DNA of 64,000 nt, taken from positions 128,001-192,000 of the forward strand of contig CAWHXY010000004.1 in NCBI GenBank assembly GCA_963833575.1. The letters are read 5' to 3'. The position numbers were made by a program, and so were the translations under genes. Source of the stretch: Candidatus Bathyarchaeota archaeon. Its GTDB lineage: Archaea; Thermoproteota; Bathyarchaeia; Bathyarchaeales; Bathycorpusculaceae. The notes under the pieces were generated by a model. That model saw only the letters and a program-made list of their open reading frames with translations. It was not told where the DNA came from and made no database searches. Below, in pieces: positions 48,616 through 58,316 of this stretch (position 1 is the first letter of the stretch; each line of letters begins with the position of its first letter).

Positions 48616-48860
48616 TGGAATATTCTTTTCCCTATTTCTAATGAAACCGATTGCTTTGGAGATTTAGAAACTTAATTTTCAGAAGCTTTTGTTATAATCT
48701 GTGTCTATACAGTCAAAACTTCTTGAAGTTGTGCCGTTTGCCTTTTGCCCTTCTGAATCTGGATCAACGGAAATAGTCACTACTGTCTGTGACGTTTGGG
48801 AGCACTCAACATTTGTCAGCAGTCAGTCAATTGTAAAACATTTGAGTTAATTGTTGTTGA

Positions 48861-48932
48861 ATTTGGAGTTGATTTGGGATTTATTTAGAAGAGAGTTGGC
48901 TTCAATTTTGAAAAATCCGTTAATAACGGATT
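48861..48932 (+). promoter_or_regulatory. Promoter with five 11-bp-phased ATTTGG-like boxes ending in ATTTTGAAAAAT, with a 19-bp palindrome over the TATA region
   Basis: ATTTGG 48861, ATTTGG 48872, ATTTAG 48883, AGTTGG 48894, ATTTTG 48905; AATCCGTTA-A-TAACGGATT at 48914-48932. Confidence 0.65.
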
Positions 48933-48972
48933 GAGTAAGTGTGTTTTCAAGATAAAAGGAGGTGGAAAAAAA

Positions 48973-49524
48973 ATGGAAAGAAAAACCGTTGCGTTGGCGC
49001 TACTTCTAATAACAGCATGCGCCGCAATCATTGGAGGCTTCGTAATGACAGCACACGCAAGTGACACAAATTCAACCACAACTTCAAGCACGAATTCCAC
49101 AACAGGAGCAATCTCGGACAGTAACGCAACAAACCCGCAGCTATGGGGAATGAGCGGCATCAGTCCAGGTGATCAGGGATTCGACGGAGCAATGGGACAG
49201 GGAATGAGTCATGGAGGATTCATGGGCGGCATGAACAACCTTGAAGTTACCTCAGAATACACAGCCAACGTAACTGCAGTACTCAACGCAGACACAGACA
49301 TAGCGAACCTAATTGCACAAGGCTACAACGTAACATCAATCAACCCAATAGTTAAAGACGTCATCCAAGGCGACGGAACAATCGCCACTCAAGCAACCAC
49401 AGCAATAGTTACACTGCAAAACGGCACATCAAGCTATGCAACAGCCAACGTGGACCTATCACAAGCTAAAGTTACACAAATAGTCATCATCACACGAACA
49501 GTAATTGACAAATCCACAACCTAA
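48973..49524 (+). CDS. Secreted/surface protein with Thr/Ser- and Gly/Met-rich low-complexity segments
   Basis: SD GGAGGTGG, signal peptide MERKTVALALLL..., T/S-rich then G/M-rich linker, small C-terminal alpha/beta domain. Confidence 0.8.
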   Translation: MERKTVALALLLITACAAIIGGFVMTAHASDTNSTTTSSTNSTTGAISDSNATNPQLWGMSGISPGDQGFDGAMGQGMSHGGFMGGMNNLEVTSEYTANVTAVLNADTDIANLIAQGYNVTSINPIVKDVIQGDGTIATQATTAIVTLQNGTSSYATANVDLSQAKVTQIVIITRTVIDKSTT

Positions 49525-49877
49525 GACAAAAAAAGGCATGCAACAACACGGGGAAAGCTCCGTAGCTCTCCCTCACTCCACGATTCTTGCCCGTTAACAC
49601 TAAAAAATCACATAAACGAAGCAAAAAAATTGGGGGCTGAGTAGGTTCTGGTTAAATTCACGATTCATGGCATAGGCTCGTGAAAAAAGAAATTTGCATT
49701 TTTTCTTTTTCTCCTAAGTTTTTCCAGATCTTCAGCAAACCCTAAATTTTTTCAGTCTTAGCAAGAAGGTGGCCTCAATCTTTGAGGATTCGCTTAAGTA
49801 AACAAGAGACCTCCATCGGAACAGATATTTAGAAATAGAGGGCGATGATTTGATGAAAAATTGTTGACATATTTATT

Positions 49878-50663
49878 GTGGAACTTGAATCTGTTTTAGC
49901 GAGTGTGAAAATCGTGGGAAACAAAGCTGTTCTTTATGTTGAGAAGCTGAAATCGCTAAAGGATTGGGATAGTTTTCTTATGAAAGAGTCTGGTTTACCT
50001 GGACCCAGAGGGAATCTTGAATTAGCGCAAGCGTTCGCTGACATCGCAACAGAAAGCCGAATCCAGAAATATATCTCCATGAAGCCAGATCAGGCTCCTG
50101 AGAATACCCCTGAGGTTTTCTTGACATTTTGTGGTGTCGTGGGCCTCGGAACTTTAGTCAACAACGGCAAGATAAACTACCTAAAACAGCTTCGATGTTT
50201 TGCTTCAGATCACCGTTGGAGAATCCGAGAAGCCGTAGCAATAGCACTCCAGAGAATTGGCGACAAAGACGTTACTTTTCTGCTAAAAGAAATGAAGGAT
50301 TGGAGCAAAGGGAATCTCTTTGAAAAAAGAGCAGCCATAGCTGCACTCTGCGAACCCAGACTACTTGACTCAGATGAAGTAACAAGCACAGTTCTGGACA
50401 TTCTAGAAGACGTAACCTCATCAATCGCGAGCTCAACGGAATCCAAAAGCGAAGCATCTGAAGTACTCAAAAAAGGACTCGCCTACTGCTGGAGCGTCGC
50501 AATAGCAGCATACCCAGAAAAAGGCAAAAAAGTCTTCGAGAAATGGGTAGGAAGCAAAAACAAAGAAATCGTCTGGATAATGAAGGAGAACCTCAAAAAG
50601 AACAGACTCCTGAAAACAGACAAAGAATGGGTTTTGAAACAAATGGTAAAAATGGGTTTGTAG
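49878..50663 (+). CDS. HEAT/ARM-repeat hypothetical protein
   Basis: SGLPGPRGNLELA, ASD.RWR.REAVA.ALQ, AALCEPRLL, L.KGL.YCWSV, ENLKKNRL. Confidence 0.75.
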   Translation: MELESVLASVKIVGNKAVLYVEKLKSLKDWDSFLMKESGLPGPRGNLELAQAFADIATESRIQKYISMKPDQAPENTPEVFLTFCGVVGLGTLVNNGKINYLKQLRCFASDHRWRIREAVAIALQRIGDKDVTFLLKEMKDWSKGNLFEKRAAIAALCEPRLLDSDEVTSTVLDILEDVTSSIASSTESKSEASEVLKKGLAYCWSVAIAAYPEKGKKVFEKWVGSKNKEIVWIMKENLKKNRLLKTDKEWVLKQMVKMGL

Positions 50664-50697
50664 TTTCTGTTTATTGCTAGATTAGCTACTCAATTCT

Positions 50698-51630
50698 TCA
50701 GACAATTACTGGCGCGTTTGCTTTCTTTTTGGTAATCTGCTCTATTTTTATAAGGATTACGCTTAAGATTGCAATGGCTGCTGCTCCTAGAATTAGCAGT
50801 TGCCAGTTTTCAAAAATTGCTTTAAGATTATCTAATATTTCGATACGGTACAGGACGATCCAGGCGCCAAAGCTCACAAGTCCCGCTATGAACAGAGGCA
50901 TTTTATAGATGTCTTTGTGCTGAATCATCGTCTTAGGTATCACTTTGAGCGGTACCTTTCGGTCTCTACGATCTAGTTCACCTGCAAAATATACGAGACC
51001 AAAGAAAGTAAAAGCCGCTATGAACGGATAATAAAATGTTAGAGGTTGATTGAAAACTCCATAATTCTTGAATCCGGGTGCCGCCAACCATATTATTGCG
51101 AGAGCAATGGATCCAAATAGGAAGCCCCGATCCAAAAGGCAAGCGTTGAGTGCAAATCCATACACCCGTCTCCAAGGAGTAGGATCTTCGCCTTGCAAGC
51201 GCAGGTCTGGATCTGCCTGCTCAACTATTCCCTTGTCATCTTCTTGGTAGAAGTAGATTTTTCCCGGCTCAACATTTAGCTGAGCCTTTCCATCGACATC
51301 TATTGTGCCACGCTTGACAATTCGCGTAAGCGGATAGAACCATTCGCAACCTCTATCTTTCACCGTTGTAAATGAATCTTGTAGCGAATGAAGAAAAATG
51401 CCCAACGCGAAAAACGGGCTTATCAGGTAACCTGCCGCCATTACAAAAACATTATGAAATCTGGCTCTATGAGGTTGTTCATCCCGATATTTATTTTCGC
51501 GAACAAACCAGTATTCTCTGTCCAAATCATTAACCAAAGCTCCTAAGGTTACTAGAAGTGCAGCTGTGGGATTCGCAAAAAAGATTAATCCAATTGCAAA
51601 AGCAAAAACAGCATGAGTTGTTAATTGCAA
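50698..51630 (-). CDS. Membrane metal-dependent hydrolase (YdjM/DUF457-like)
   Basis: TH, G....D.D, HR..FH, H...D.FT, W.YP; C-terminal TMs. Confidence 0.75.
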   Translation of the reverse strand: MQLTTHAVFAFAIGLIFFANPTAALLVTLGALVNDLDREYWFVRENKYRDEQPHRARFHNVFVMAAGYLISPFFALGIFLHSLQDSFTTVKDRGCEWFYPLTRIVKRGTIDVDGKAQLNVEPGKIYFYQEDDKGIVEQADPDLRLQGEDPTPWRRVYGFALNACLLDRGFLFGSIALAIIWLAAPGFKNYGVFNQPLTFYYPFIAAFTFFGLVYFAGELDRRDRKVPLKVIPKTMIQHKDIYKMPLFIAGLVSFGAWIVLYRIEILDNLKAIFENWQLLILGAAAIAILSVILIKIEQITKKKANAPVIV

Positions 51631-51857
51631 GGTTTATCCTCGTATGTGCTCTAATAGTTGCTATTGTTTATCAAGTTATCGGGTGTCTGAACTGTCATTA
51701 AACTCTGAAAGTAAGAGGCCATAGTTACCTAATAATTCCGCTATAATGAACAACGTAATTATATAACAAGAAAAATAGCCTAGTTAATTTTCAGTATTTC
51801 CATGCACCCATTTAAAAGATAAATAATTGTCTTAGCTTCTTATCAAGGTTGATTTTT

Positions 51858-52313
51858 ATGGCAGCTCCTGACGATTTGAAAGACATTCTTGACTCCAACG
51901 AAACCGTTGAACTATACATTAAACAAAAATTTTATCATCTTGTAATTGACATAGACTCGGTTGTTATAACCAACAAAAGAGTAATTTTACGTCATCCCCA
52001 TGCATTGAGGCTAAAAAAAGATTACACCGAATACAACTACCTAGACTTTGAAAACGTAATCTTAGACAAAGGAACAGTGCGTTCCACAATAAGATGCACT
52101 TTCAAGTTCAAAGTGGCGCCACTTGTGCTAAGTGATGTACCCAAAGACGACGCAGAAAAAGCCTACAGAATAATCAGAGACAACATCAGCAACGCTCAAA
52201 CTCAGGCATTAATAGAAGAAACAACTCCACCAATGATAATCTGTTCATACTGTGGAACCAAAAATACACCAGATGCTTCCAAATGCATTAACTGTGGAGC
52301 AACCTTAACATAG
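51858..52313 (+). CDS. Bacterial-type PH-domain protein with C-terminal Zn ribbon
   Basis: L...E.V, V.TNKR.I, PH-like beta strands; CSYCG..N...A..C.NCG..L. Confidence 0.8.
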   Translation: MAAPDDLKDILDSNETVELYIKQKFYHLVIDIDSVVITNKRVILRHPHALRLKKDYTEYNYLDFENVILDKGTVRSTIRCTFKFKVAPLVLSDVPKDDAEKAYRIIRDNISNAQTQALIEETTPPMIICSYCGTKNTPDASKCINCGATLT

Positions 52314-52335
52314 AGAAACACTCGTGCTTTCCAAA

Positions 52336-53316
52336 TTAGGTGGGCGCGTGAAAACGGTTTTTTTGAACCCGACAGACTGCCAAGGCTATCCAGAGATTCA
52401 AGTCCTTATCTTTACCCCTAACAAGATGTACATTCCAAAAACTGTTTTCGTTTTGTGCGTTGATGAGCCAATCAATGGCTTTTTTGATTTGTAGGTCTTG
52501 CATTTTGAAGCCCAGAAGCGACAAAGAATCTAGAGATGACAAAATGTCTGTGAACCAGAATGGATAGGAGAATTTTGTCCAGAAAACAATAGTTCCTCGG
52601 TCTGGATAAGCGTCTTTTTTGAAAAATCTTGAGGCTAAGAGTTTTCCAGCGGCTTTTGCTTCGTCGATTTGGCGATATTTGGGGTGAGCGGCAAATGCGC
52701 GTAGCACAACGCCTGTCACGAGGTGTGAGAAAGGTTTTGTTCTGTCTGGCTGAGTTGTTTCTGCCTGAAACAGAAAATCATTAATTTTCACGTTTCTTGT
52801 TCGACTAGGTATTGCCCATCCACCATCATTCTGCCTGATAGAAAGGAGCCAACGGAAAGCGTTCTCAACCCGAACATCGCTCTGGTAACCCGATTTTATG
52901 AGAAGCTCCATAATCGCGGCGGTGTAGTTTGGAGAATACTGGTTTCCATATATTCCTCTAAAATCTCCTTCTTCTGTTTGGAAGCTAAACAGGAACTCAG
53001 CTGCATTTCGAAGGGCATTGTGTGAGTTTGTGAAGCCGTATTTTTCCACGAGTTCTCCGACGACTCGGTAAGTTTCTATCTGATTATAGTTCTGCTGGCT
53101 ACGAATGTTTAATTTTGCTCCTGGATATCTCCATGAACCGTCAGGCTGTTGATTACCCACAATCATATTGATTATAGGTAGTTTCCAGAGAGTCTCTATC
53201 GTGTTGACTTTTTCGTTTTGCAGGTCACGCTTTGTAAAGAACACTAGTGCTGGATTCTTTGACGATAGCAACGTATGCAACGGGTCGTACCTTAAAAGGC
53301 TCTGCCATTTCTCCAA
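52336..53316 (-). CDS. Alpha/alpha-barrel protein of the prenyltransferase/terpene-cyclase-like fold, function unknown
   Basis: QW-like motifs QQPDGSW, QTEEGDF, RQNDGGW, QNENSFW; F.YP.W..D.L..LD.L. Confidence 0.7.
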   Translation of the reverse strand: MEKWQSLLRYDPLHTLLSSKNPALVFFTKRDLQNEKVNTIETLWKLPIINMIVGNQQPDGSWRYPGAKLNIRSQQNYNQIETYRVVGELVEKYGFTNSHNALRNAAEFLFSFQTEEGDFRGIYGNQYSPNYTAAIMELLIKSGYQSDVRVENAFRWLLSIRQNDGGWAIPSRTRNVKINDFLFQAETTQPDRTKPFSHLVTGVVLRAFAAHPKYRQIDEAKAAGKLLASRFFKKDAYPDRGTIVFWTKFSYPFWFTDILSSLDSLSLLGFKMQDLQIKKAIDWLINAQNENSFWNVHLVRGKDKDLNLWIALAVCRVQKNRFHAPT

Positions 53317-53448
53317 AGCAATTTCCCAGTTTCATCACTGCTTAAAGCGTTTATATCATTTTTCTAAAACTTGCCGCTATAGATTGATTTAAGCAATCCA
53401 AATTGTGTTTCCACCGCAGGTTTATAAAAGAAAAAATAGATCTTGTGG

Positions 53449-54216
53449 TTATGCTGCCATTTTCTTAAGCGATCTCAAACTCCACAGGAACACAAGAGTT
53501 GCCATTACACCAATGATGACAAAGCCCTCCACTACTCCTAGGCTTGTGAAGTTACCAGAGAATAAGTCTCTGGTAGCGTCAACTGCGTAGGAGAATGGGT
53601 TGATTTTGGATAGGTCTTGGAGCCAGATTGGTGCAAGTGCAAGTGGAAGTATGATTCCGGATAGCAGAGAAACAGGCAGTGTAATTGTGTTTAGGGTAGG
53701 GGCGAGGGCGTCTTCTATTTTGTATATCAATGCAAATCCGTAGGAAACAGAAGCCATTGTGATTCCGACTAAAGCGTATAGCAATAGTGAGAGCAGAAAG
53801 CCAGCTGCGTTTACATTTAGTCCGAAAGGAATAGCAACTAAAGTAATTAATGTGCATTGAAGCAAAAGGATAACTGCGTCTCTTAGAACTCTGCCAAGTA
53901 GAATTGATGAACGTGTTACTGGGGTAACCAAAAACCGTTCAATAACTCCTGTTCGGATATCGTCAATAAGTGAGAAGCCAACAAAGGCTGTGCCAAAGAG
54001 CGCTTCCAGAACCAACAGTCCTGGAATAAACTCATCTACCGCTTTCCCAGCAGGAATTCCAGGAACAGAACCCAAACCATTTAGCAACGGCATAAACAGA
54101 AGCAGGTACATCAGCGGCTGGAACATGCTTACAAAAATGAAAACGGGCGTCCGAAGCGTATGCTGCAAATTACGAATAAACATTAATTTAGTATCGTGCA
54201 AAAATTTCATGCTCAT
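53449..54216 (-). CDS. ABC-2 exporter permease (DrrB-like)
   Basis: QPL.YL.LF, F.PG, G..ER..VTP, LLSG, P.WL....INP..Y.VDA.R. Confidence 0.9.
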   Translation of the reverse strand: MSMKFLHDTKLMFIRNLQHTLRTPVFIFVSMFQPLMYLLLFMPLLNGLGSVPGIPAGKAVDEFIPGLLVLEALFGTAFVGFSLIDDIRTGVIERFLVTPVTRSSILLGRVLRDAVILLLQCTLITLVAIPFGLNVNAAGFLLSLLLYALVGITMASVSYGFALIYKIEDALAPTLNTITLPVSLLSGIILPLALAPIWLQDLSKINPFSYAVDATRDLFSGNFTSLGVVEGFVIIGVMATLVFLWSLRSLKKMAA

Positions 54217-55208
54217 TTTATTAGATCCTCCCTCAGTGAACGCCCAGTGTATTTCAGGAAAACATCGTCGAGGCTGGGTCTGGATAAAGTGACGGTTTGC
54301 GCTTCCAAGTTTTTTGCATCTAGCGAACGCAAAAGGTCAGCAATTTTTCCTTCGCCATCCCTAATAGTTAAGTGAACCGTGTTGTTGATGGTTTGAATTT
54401 TTTCTGCCTGAATGTTCTCGGTTAAGAGAATTTGGGCTTTCTTCGCGGTTTCCTCAGATTGAAAACTAAACACTATCGTGTCACCGCCTACACTGATCTT
54501 TAATTCTTCGGGCGTTCCCGTGACTATGATTTCTCCGTTATCAATAATCGCTATTGTGTCACAGAGTTTGTCCGCTTCATCCATATATTGAGTAGTTAAG
54601 AAAATAGTAACGCCATCAGCTTTTAGTTTTTTTATTTCTCCCCACAGATAGGCTCTACTTTGCGGATCAAGCCCTGTTGTCGGCTCGTCAAGAAGTAGCA
54701 GTTGGGGATGATGAATCATTCCAAGCGCAATATCTAAACGGCGTTTTTGACCCCCAGAGTAAGTCTGTGCAGTTCTGGCTATAAATGAGACCATTTGGAA
54801 GCGGTCTGCAAATTCAGCAGCGTCTTTCTTTGCCTTTGCAGAATCCACTCCATACAGTTGAGCTTGCAACACGAGGTTTTCTGTACCTGTTGAACCCAAG
54901 TCTGCTCCACCTGCTTGACTAACACATCCAACGTTCTGTCGGATCTTTTCTTGCTGTTCTGCCAAATCAAATCCCAGAACTTTAGCTTCTCCGCCAGTTG
55001 GACACAGCAAAGTGGAGAGCATTTTTTGTGTCGTCGATTTGCCGGCGCCATTTGGACCAAGAAAACCAAAAATTTCTCCTTTCCTAACAGTAAGATCTAT
55101 GCTTTTTACTGCTTCGACCTCTTTTTTGCCGCTTCCCTTTCCACCCCTCTCCTTAGAAATGAAAACTTTGCGAAGACCTTTAGTCTCTATCACCAAATCG
55201 CCGCTCAC
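54213..55208 (-). CDS. ABC-2 exporter ATP-binding subunit (DrrA-like)
   Basis: GPNGAGKST, YSGGQKRRLDIA, LDEPTTGLDP, TTQYMDEAD, PSLDDVFL..TG. Confidence 0.93.
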   Translation of the reverse strand: MSGDLVIETKGLRKVFISKERGGKGSGKKEVEAVKSIDLTVRKGEIFGFLGPNGAGKSTTQKMLSTLLCPTGGEAKVLGFDLAEQQEKIRQNVGCVSQAGGADLGSTGTENLVLQAQLYGVDSAKAKKDAAEFADRFQMVSFIARTAQTYSGGQKRRLDIALGMIHHPQLLLLDEPTTGLDPQSRAYLWGEIKKLKADGVTIFLTTQYMDEADKLCDTIAIIDNGEIIVTGTPEELKISVGGDTIVFSFQSEETAKKAQILLTENIQAEKIQTINNTVHLTIRDGEGKIADLLRSLDAKNLEAQTVTLSRPSLDDVFLKYTGRSLREDLIK

Positions 55209-55434
55209 AACAAATCACCAATATACAATGCGTTTAATTCTTTGACTCGAACCGCTACCAAAAAGACCTATATAAGAATTCTGACGCTTTAGCATGTTTA
55301 ACCTTTTGTGATGAAATTCGGAGAGCTCCTGCTTTGCCCTAAAATAAGTGCATACTCAAAAATGTGACTGCAACAGTACACTAGCATACTGATATTAGGT
55401 TCCAGAGGGTTCTTGAGGCAGAGGCGAAATCGGA

Positions 55435-55830
55435 ATGTCTCTTGATGAGAACAAAGCTGTGGTTCGTCAATTTATCACAAATGTCTTGATTGGCCACGAT
55501 GTCGACATGGTTGACAAATTGGTTGCGGTGAATTATGTGAACCGCAGCATGGGCAATTCGGGTAAAGCTGCCTTTAAAGCGATGATTTCCGCTATGAAAT
55601 CTGCATCGATTGTATCAGATATTGAAATCGAGGATCTGATTGCTGAAGGTGACTCGGTTGTTTTCCGTGGCAGATTAGCTGCGACTCCTGCGAATGGGAC
55701 CAAAGTCATCGCGAGAGGTATGACTTTTTATCGTCTTGCGAACGGGAAGATTGTTGAAGATGATCCTGTGTTTGTTCCGGATCTTTCTCAGATACTTGGT
55801 AACATTATGCCGCCAAAGTCTGGTCCATAA
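55435..55830 (+). CDS. SnoaL-like / ester cyclase (NTF2-fold) protein
   Basis: E.NKA.VR.F, IED.IAEGD.V, YR...GKI.E. Confidence 0.8.
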   Translation: MSLDENKAVVRQFITNVLIGHDVDMVDKLVAVNYVNRSMGNSGKAAFKAMISAMKSASIVSDIEIEDLIAEGDSVVFRGRLAATPANGTKVIARGMTFYRLANGKIVEDDPVFVPDLSQILGNIMPPKSGP

Positions 55831-56035
55831 GCTTGCTAATTTGAGAATTACCCACAAATTAATCTAAAAATAATTCAAAGCAATCAAATCTACTTCTGAA
55901 ACTAAACAAGTATATTGTTGAAGTTGTAGTTGTTTGCTCACAGTCACACATCTTAAAATAATCTCTGCCAAGTTAATGCTAACTATACCTGAAAGTCGTA
56001 AAATCGAGAAATGATTAGGTTAGGATGAAAAACGA

Positions 56036-56740
56036 ATGAAAGATATTATGAATATTTTTCTTGAAGCTGGAACGTTCAGGATGTTTGTTTCAGCAGTTCA
56101 AGCAGCAGACTTAGTTGATACCCTTAGAGACGGGGTTTTCACGGTTTTTGCACCAAATGATGAAGCATTTAACAAACTTCCCAAAGGCGTATTCGACGAT
56201 CTTCTAAAGAACCCACCACAGTTAACCGCCGTTCTAATGTATCACATAGTTGCTGGAAAACATAGAATTAACGAAATCAGTAAAATGGAAAGTGCCAAGA
56301 CAATTCAAGGCCAAGAAGTTAAAATTGACGGGCATAAATGGCATCTTCATGTAAACCCAAAAATCAATGACGCGAACATAACAAATTACAACTTAGTAGC
56401 AGACAACGGCGTAATTCATGTTATAGATAAAGTGCTTATGCCAAATATGGAGCTAACATGCCCCGTGTGCGGAATGGGCTTCATGTCCATGGAAGCTTTG
56501 AATACACACACCAAAATGGGACATGACACTGAGAAAGAATCAGAGCCAACGCCTGAAAATTTGCCCGTGGTCCAAAAAGCTGCTGTACCAATGTCTGGCA
56601 TTTCATCTCAAGAAACACCGCTGAGAGGTTTAGAACCTAACCAAGTCAAATGCCCCGACTGTGGCAGAACCTTCAAGAGCCACTCAGAAATGGATAGACA
56701 CAGAGACACCACACACCACGAAACAAAAGGACACCAATAA
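56036..56740 (+). CDS. Fasciclin (FAS1) domain protein with two C-terminal C2H2 zinc fingers
   Basis: FTVFAPNDEAF, L.YH.V.G, NGVIHVIDKVL.P; CPVCG..F....L..H....H and CPDCG..F.....M..H....H. Confidence 0.88.
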   Translation: MKDIMNIFLEAGTFRMFVSAVQAADLVDTLRDGVFTVFAPNDEAFNKLPKGVFDDLLKNPPQLTAVLMYHIVAGKHRINEISKMESAKTIQGQEVKIDGHKWHLHVNPKINDANITNYNLVADNGVIHVIDKVLMPNMELTCPVCGMGFMSMEALNTHTKMGHDTEKESEPTPENLPVVQKAAVPMSGISSQETPLRGLEPNQVKCPDCGRTFKSHSEMDRHRDTTHHETKGHQ

Positions 56741-56956
56741 TACTATTTGAGATCTGAATCCTAATTGAACGTCTTCTTCTGAATATTTTATCAGGTATTC
56801 TCCATCCTTGGTATGGGTACCAATACATAGTTGGTAGGTATTTCGAGGTTCAGCCAAACTACAAAACTTGCTTATCGTTCAATATTATAGTGTTTTCTAA
56901 ATGAGAAATTTTAAAAGCTCATTTTGATTAGGTAAGAGCCACGAATTTCTCGAGGA

Positions 56957-58231
56957 TTGACAGGAATGAAGAAAATATTAAGTGTGGTTTTTTTGGGACT
57001 TTTGTGTTTCTCGATGTTTTCGATTTTCGCTCCAAAAGCAGTAGCTCAGCAATCGGCTGTGGATTGGTGGCCTACTTTCCGTCATGACCTAACTCTTAGC
57101 GGTTATTCAACTTCGACAGGCCCTGTCACAAATACACTCTTGTGGAGTTATAAGACTGGTAATTTGGTGGATTATTCTTCAGCTGCTGTCATAAACGGCG
57201 TGGTTTATGTTGGCTCAAATGATCACTACGTCTATGCTTTGAACGCTGCCAATGGCGCTTATGTATGGAGTTACAAGACTGGTGGTTCAGTGGATTCTTC
57301 CCCAACCGTTGAGAGCGGCGTTGTTTACGTTGGCTCAGAGGATCACAACATCTATGCTTTGAATGCAACTACAGGAGGTAAAATATGGAGTTTTGGAACG
57401 GGTGATAAGGTAGAGTCTTCGCCTGCGGTTGTCAATGGGGTAGTCTATGTGGGTTCAGACGACAACAAAGTTTATGCTTTAAATGCTGTAAATGGTCTCA
57501 AAATTTGGAGTTATGGCACAGGCGGCGCTGTAGATTCATCTCCCGCAGTTGTCGACAATGTGGTTTACATTGGTTCAGAGGATAACAATGTGTATGCTTT
57601 GAACACTGCAAGCGGTAGTAAAATATGGAGTTATGGAACCGGCGATCAAGTAGATTCTTCACCTGCAGTTGTCAACGGAGTAGTGTATATCGGCTCAGAT
57701 GACTACAATGTCTATGCTTTGAATGCTGCAACCGGCAGTAAAATATGGAGTTTTGGCACAGGCTACTATGTGGCTTCTTCTCCTGCAGTGGCAAACGGAG
57801 TGGTTTACATTGGCTCACAAGACAACAATGTGTATGCTTTAAACGCTACGAGTGGCAGCAAGTTATGGAGCTATTCTACAAGCGACGAAGTTGAATCTTC
57901 TCCAGCAGTGGCAAATGGCATCGTCTACGTAGGCTCAGACGACAACAACGTGTACGCCTTAAACGCCACATCCGGCACCACCTTGTGGACTTATGGAACA
58001 GGCAATCTTGTAGATTCCTCTCCAGCAGTTGCCAACGGAGTAGTTTACATCGGCTCAAACGACAACAACGTATATGCCTTTGGATCAGTTACGGCTACTC
58101 AACCATCCCCTCCTTCAGTTCCAGAGTTTCCAAGACAAATACTCGCGCTGTTATTGGCTGCAATTGTATTATGTACTGCATTTGCCTTTGTTACCACAAG
58201 AAAAAGAAGGAAACCAAGAAAAATTCTGTAA
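56957..58231 (+). CDS. PQQ-like 8-blade beta-propeller surface protein with PEF-CTERM-like sorting signal
   Basis: Signal peptide, DWWPTFRHD, eight near-identical 40-aa repeats, VPEF + TM + RKRRKPRK; the start may be ATG 56966. Confidence 0.9.
   Translation: MTGMKKILSVVFLGLLCFSMFSIFAPKAVAQQSAVDWWPTFRHDLTLSGYSTSTGPVTNTLLWSYKTGNLVDYSSAAVINGVVYVGSNDHYVYALNAANGAYVWSYKTGGSVDSSPTVESGVVYVGSEDHNIYALNATTGGKIWSFGTGDKVESSPAVVNGVVYVGSDDNKVYALNAVNGLKIWSYGTGGAVDSSPAVVDNVVYIGSEDNNVYALNTASGSKIWSYGTGDQVDSSPAVVNGVVYIGSDDYNVYALNAATGSKIWSFGTGYYVASSPAVANGVVYIGSQDNNVYALNATSGSKLWSYSTSDEVESSPAVANGIVYVGSDDNNVYALNATSGTTLWTYGTGNLVDSSPAVANGVVYIGSNDNNVYAFGSVTATQPSPPSVPEFPRQILALLLAAIVLCTAFAFVTTRKRRKPRKIL
57142..58082 (+). 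repeat. Eight highly similar 120-bp coding repeats
   Basis: tctatgcttt-like motif at 57231, 57351, 57471, 57591, 57711, 57831, 57951, 58071. Confidence 0.9.
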
Positions 58232-58316
58232 CGATAGCAATAAAATAAATCATTAATACGCCCAAAGGCAAGTTATTAATAATTCCCTCGCATTCTTTTA
58301 GGGTGGATGTGAGTTT

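Noticed and set aside
52336-55830. Secondary-metabolite cluster (terpene cyclase-like + DrrAB + SnoaL)
   Set aside because: The barrel protein is single-domain and lacks the DxDD cyclase motif, and no PKS/NRPS or prenyl-synthase genes are present.
26828-58231. PQQ-dependent dehydrogenases or a diversity-generating retroelement acting on the propeller genes
   Set aside because: Only structural propeller repeats are seen, with no catalytic dehydrogenase motifs. There is no reverse transcriptase and no adenine-specific TR/VR pair.
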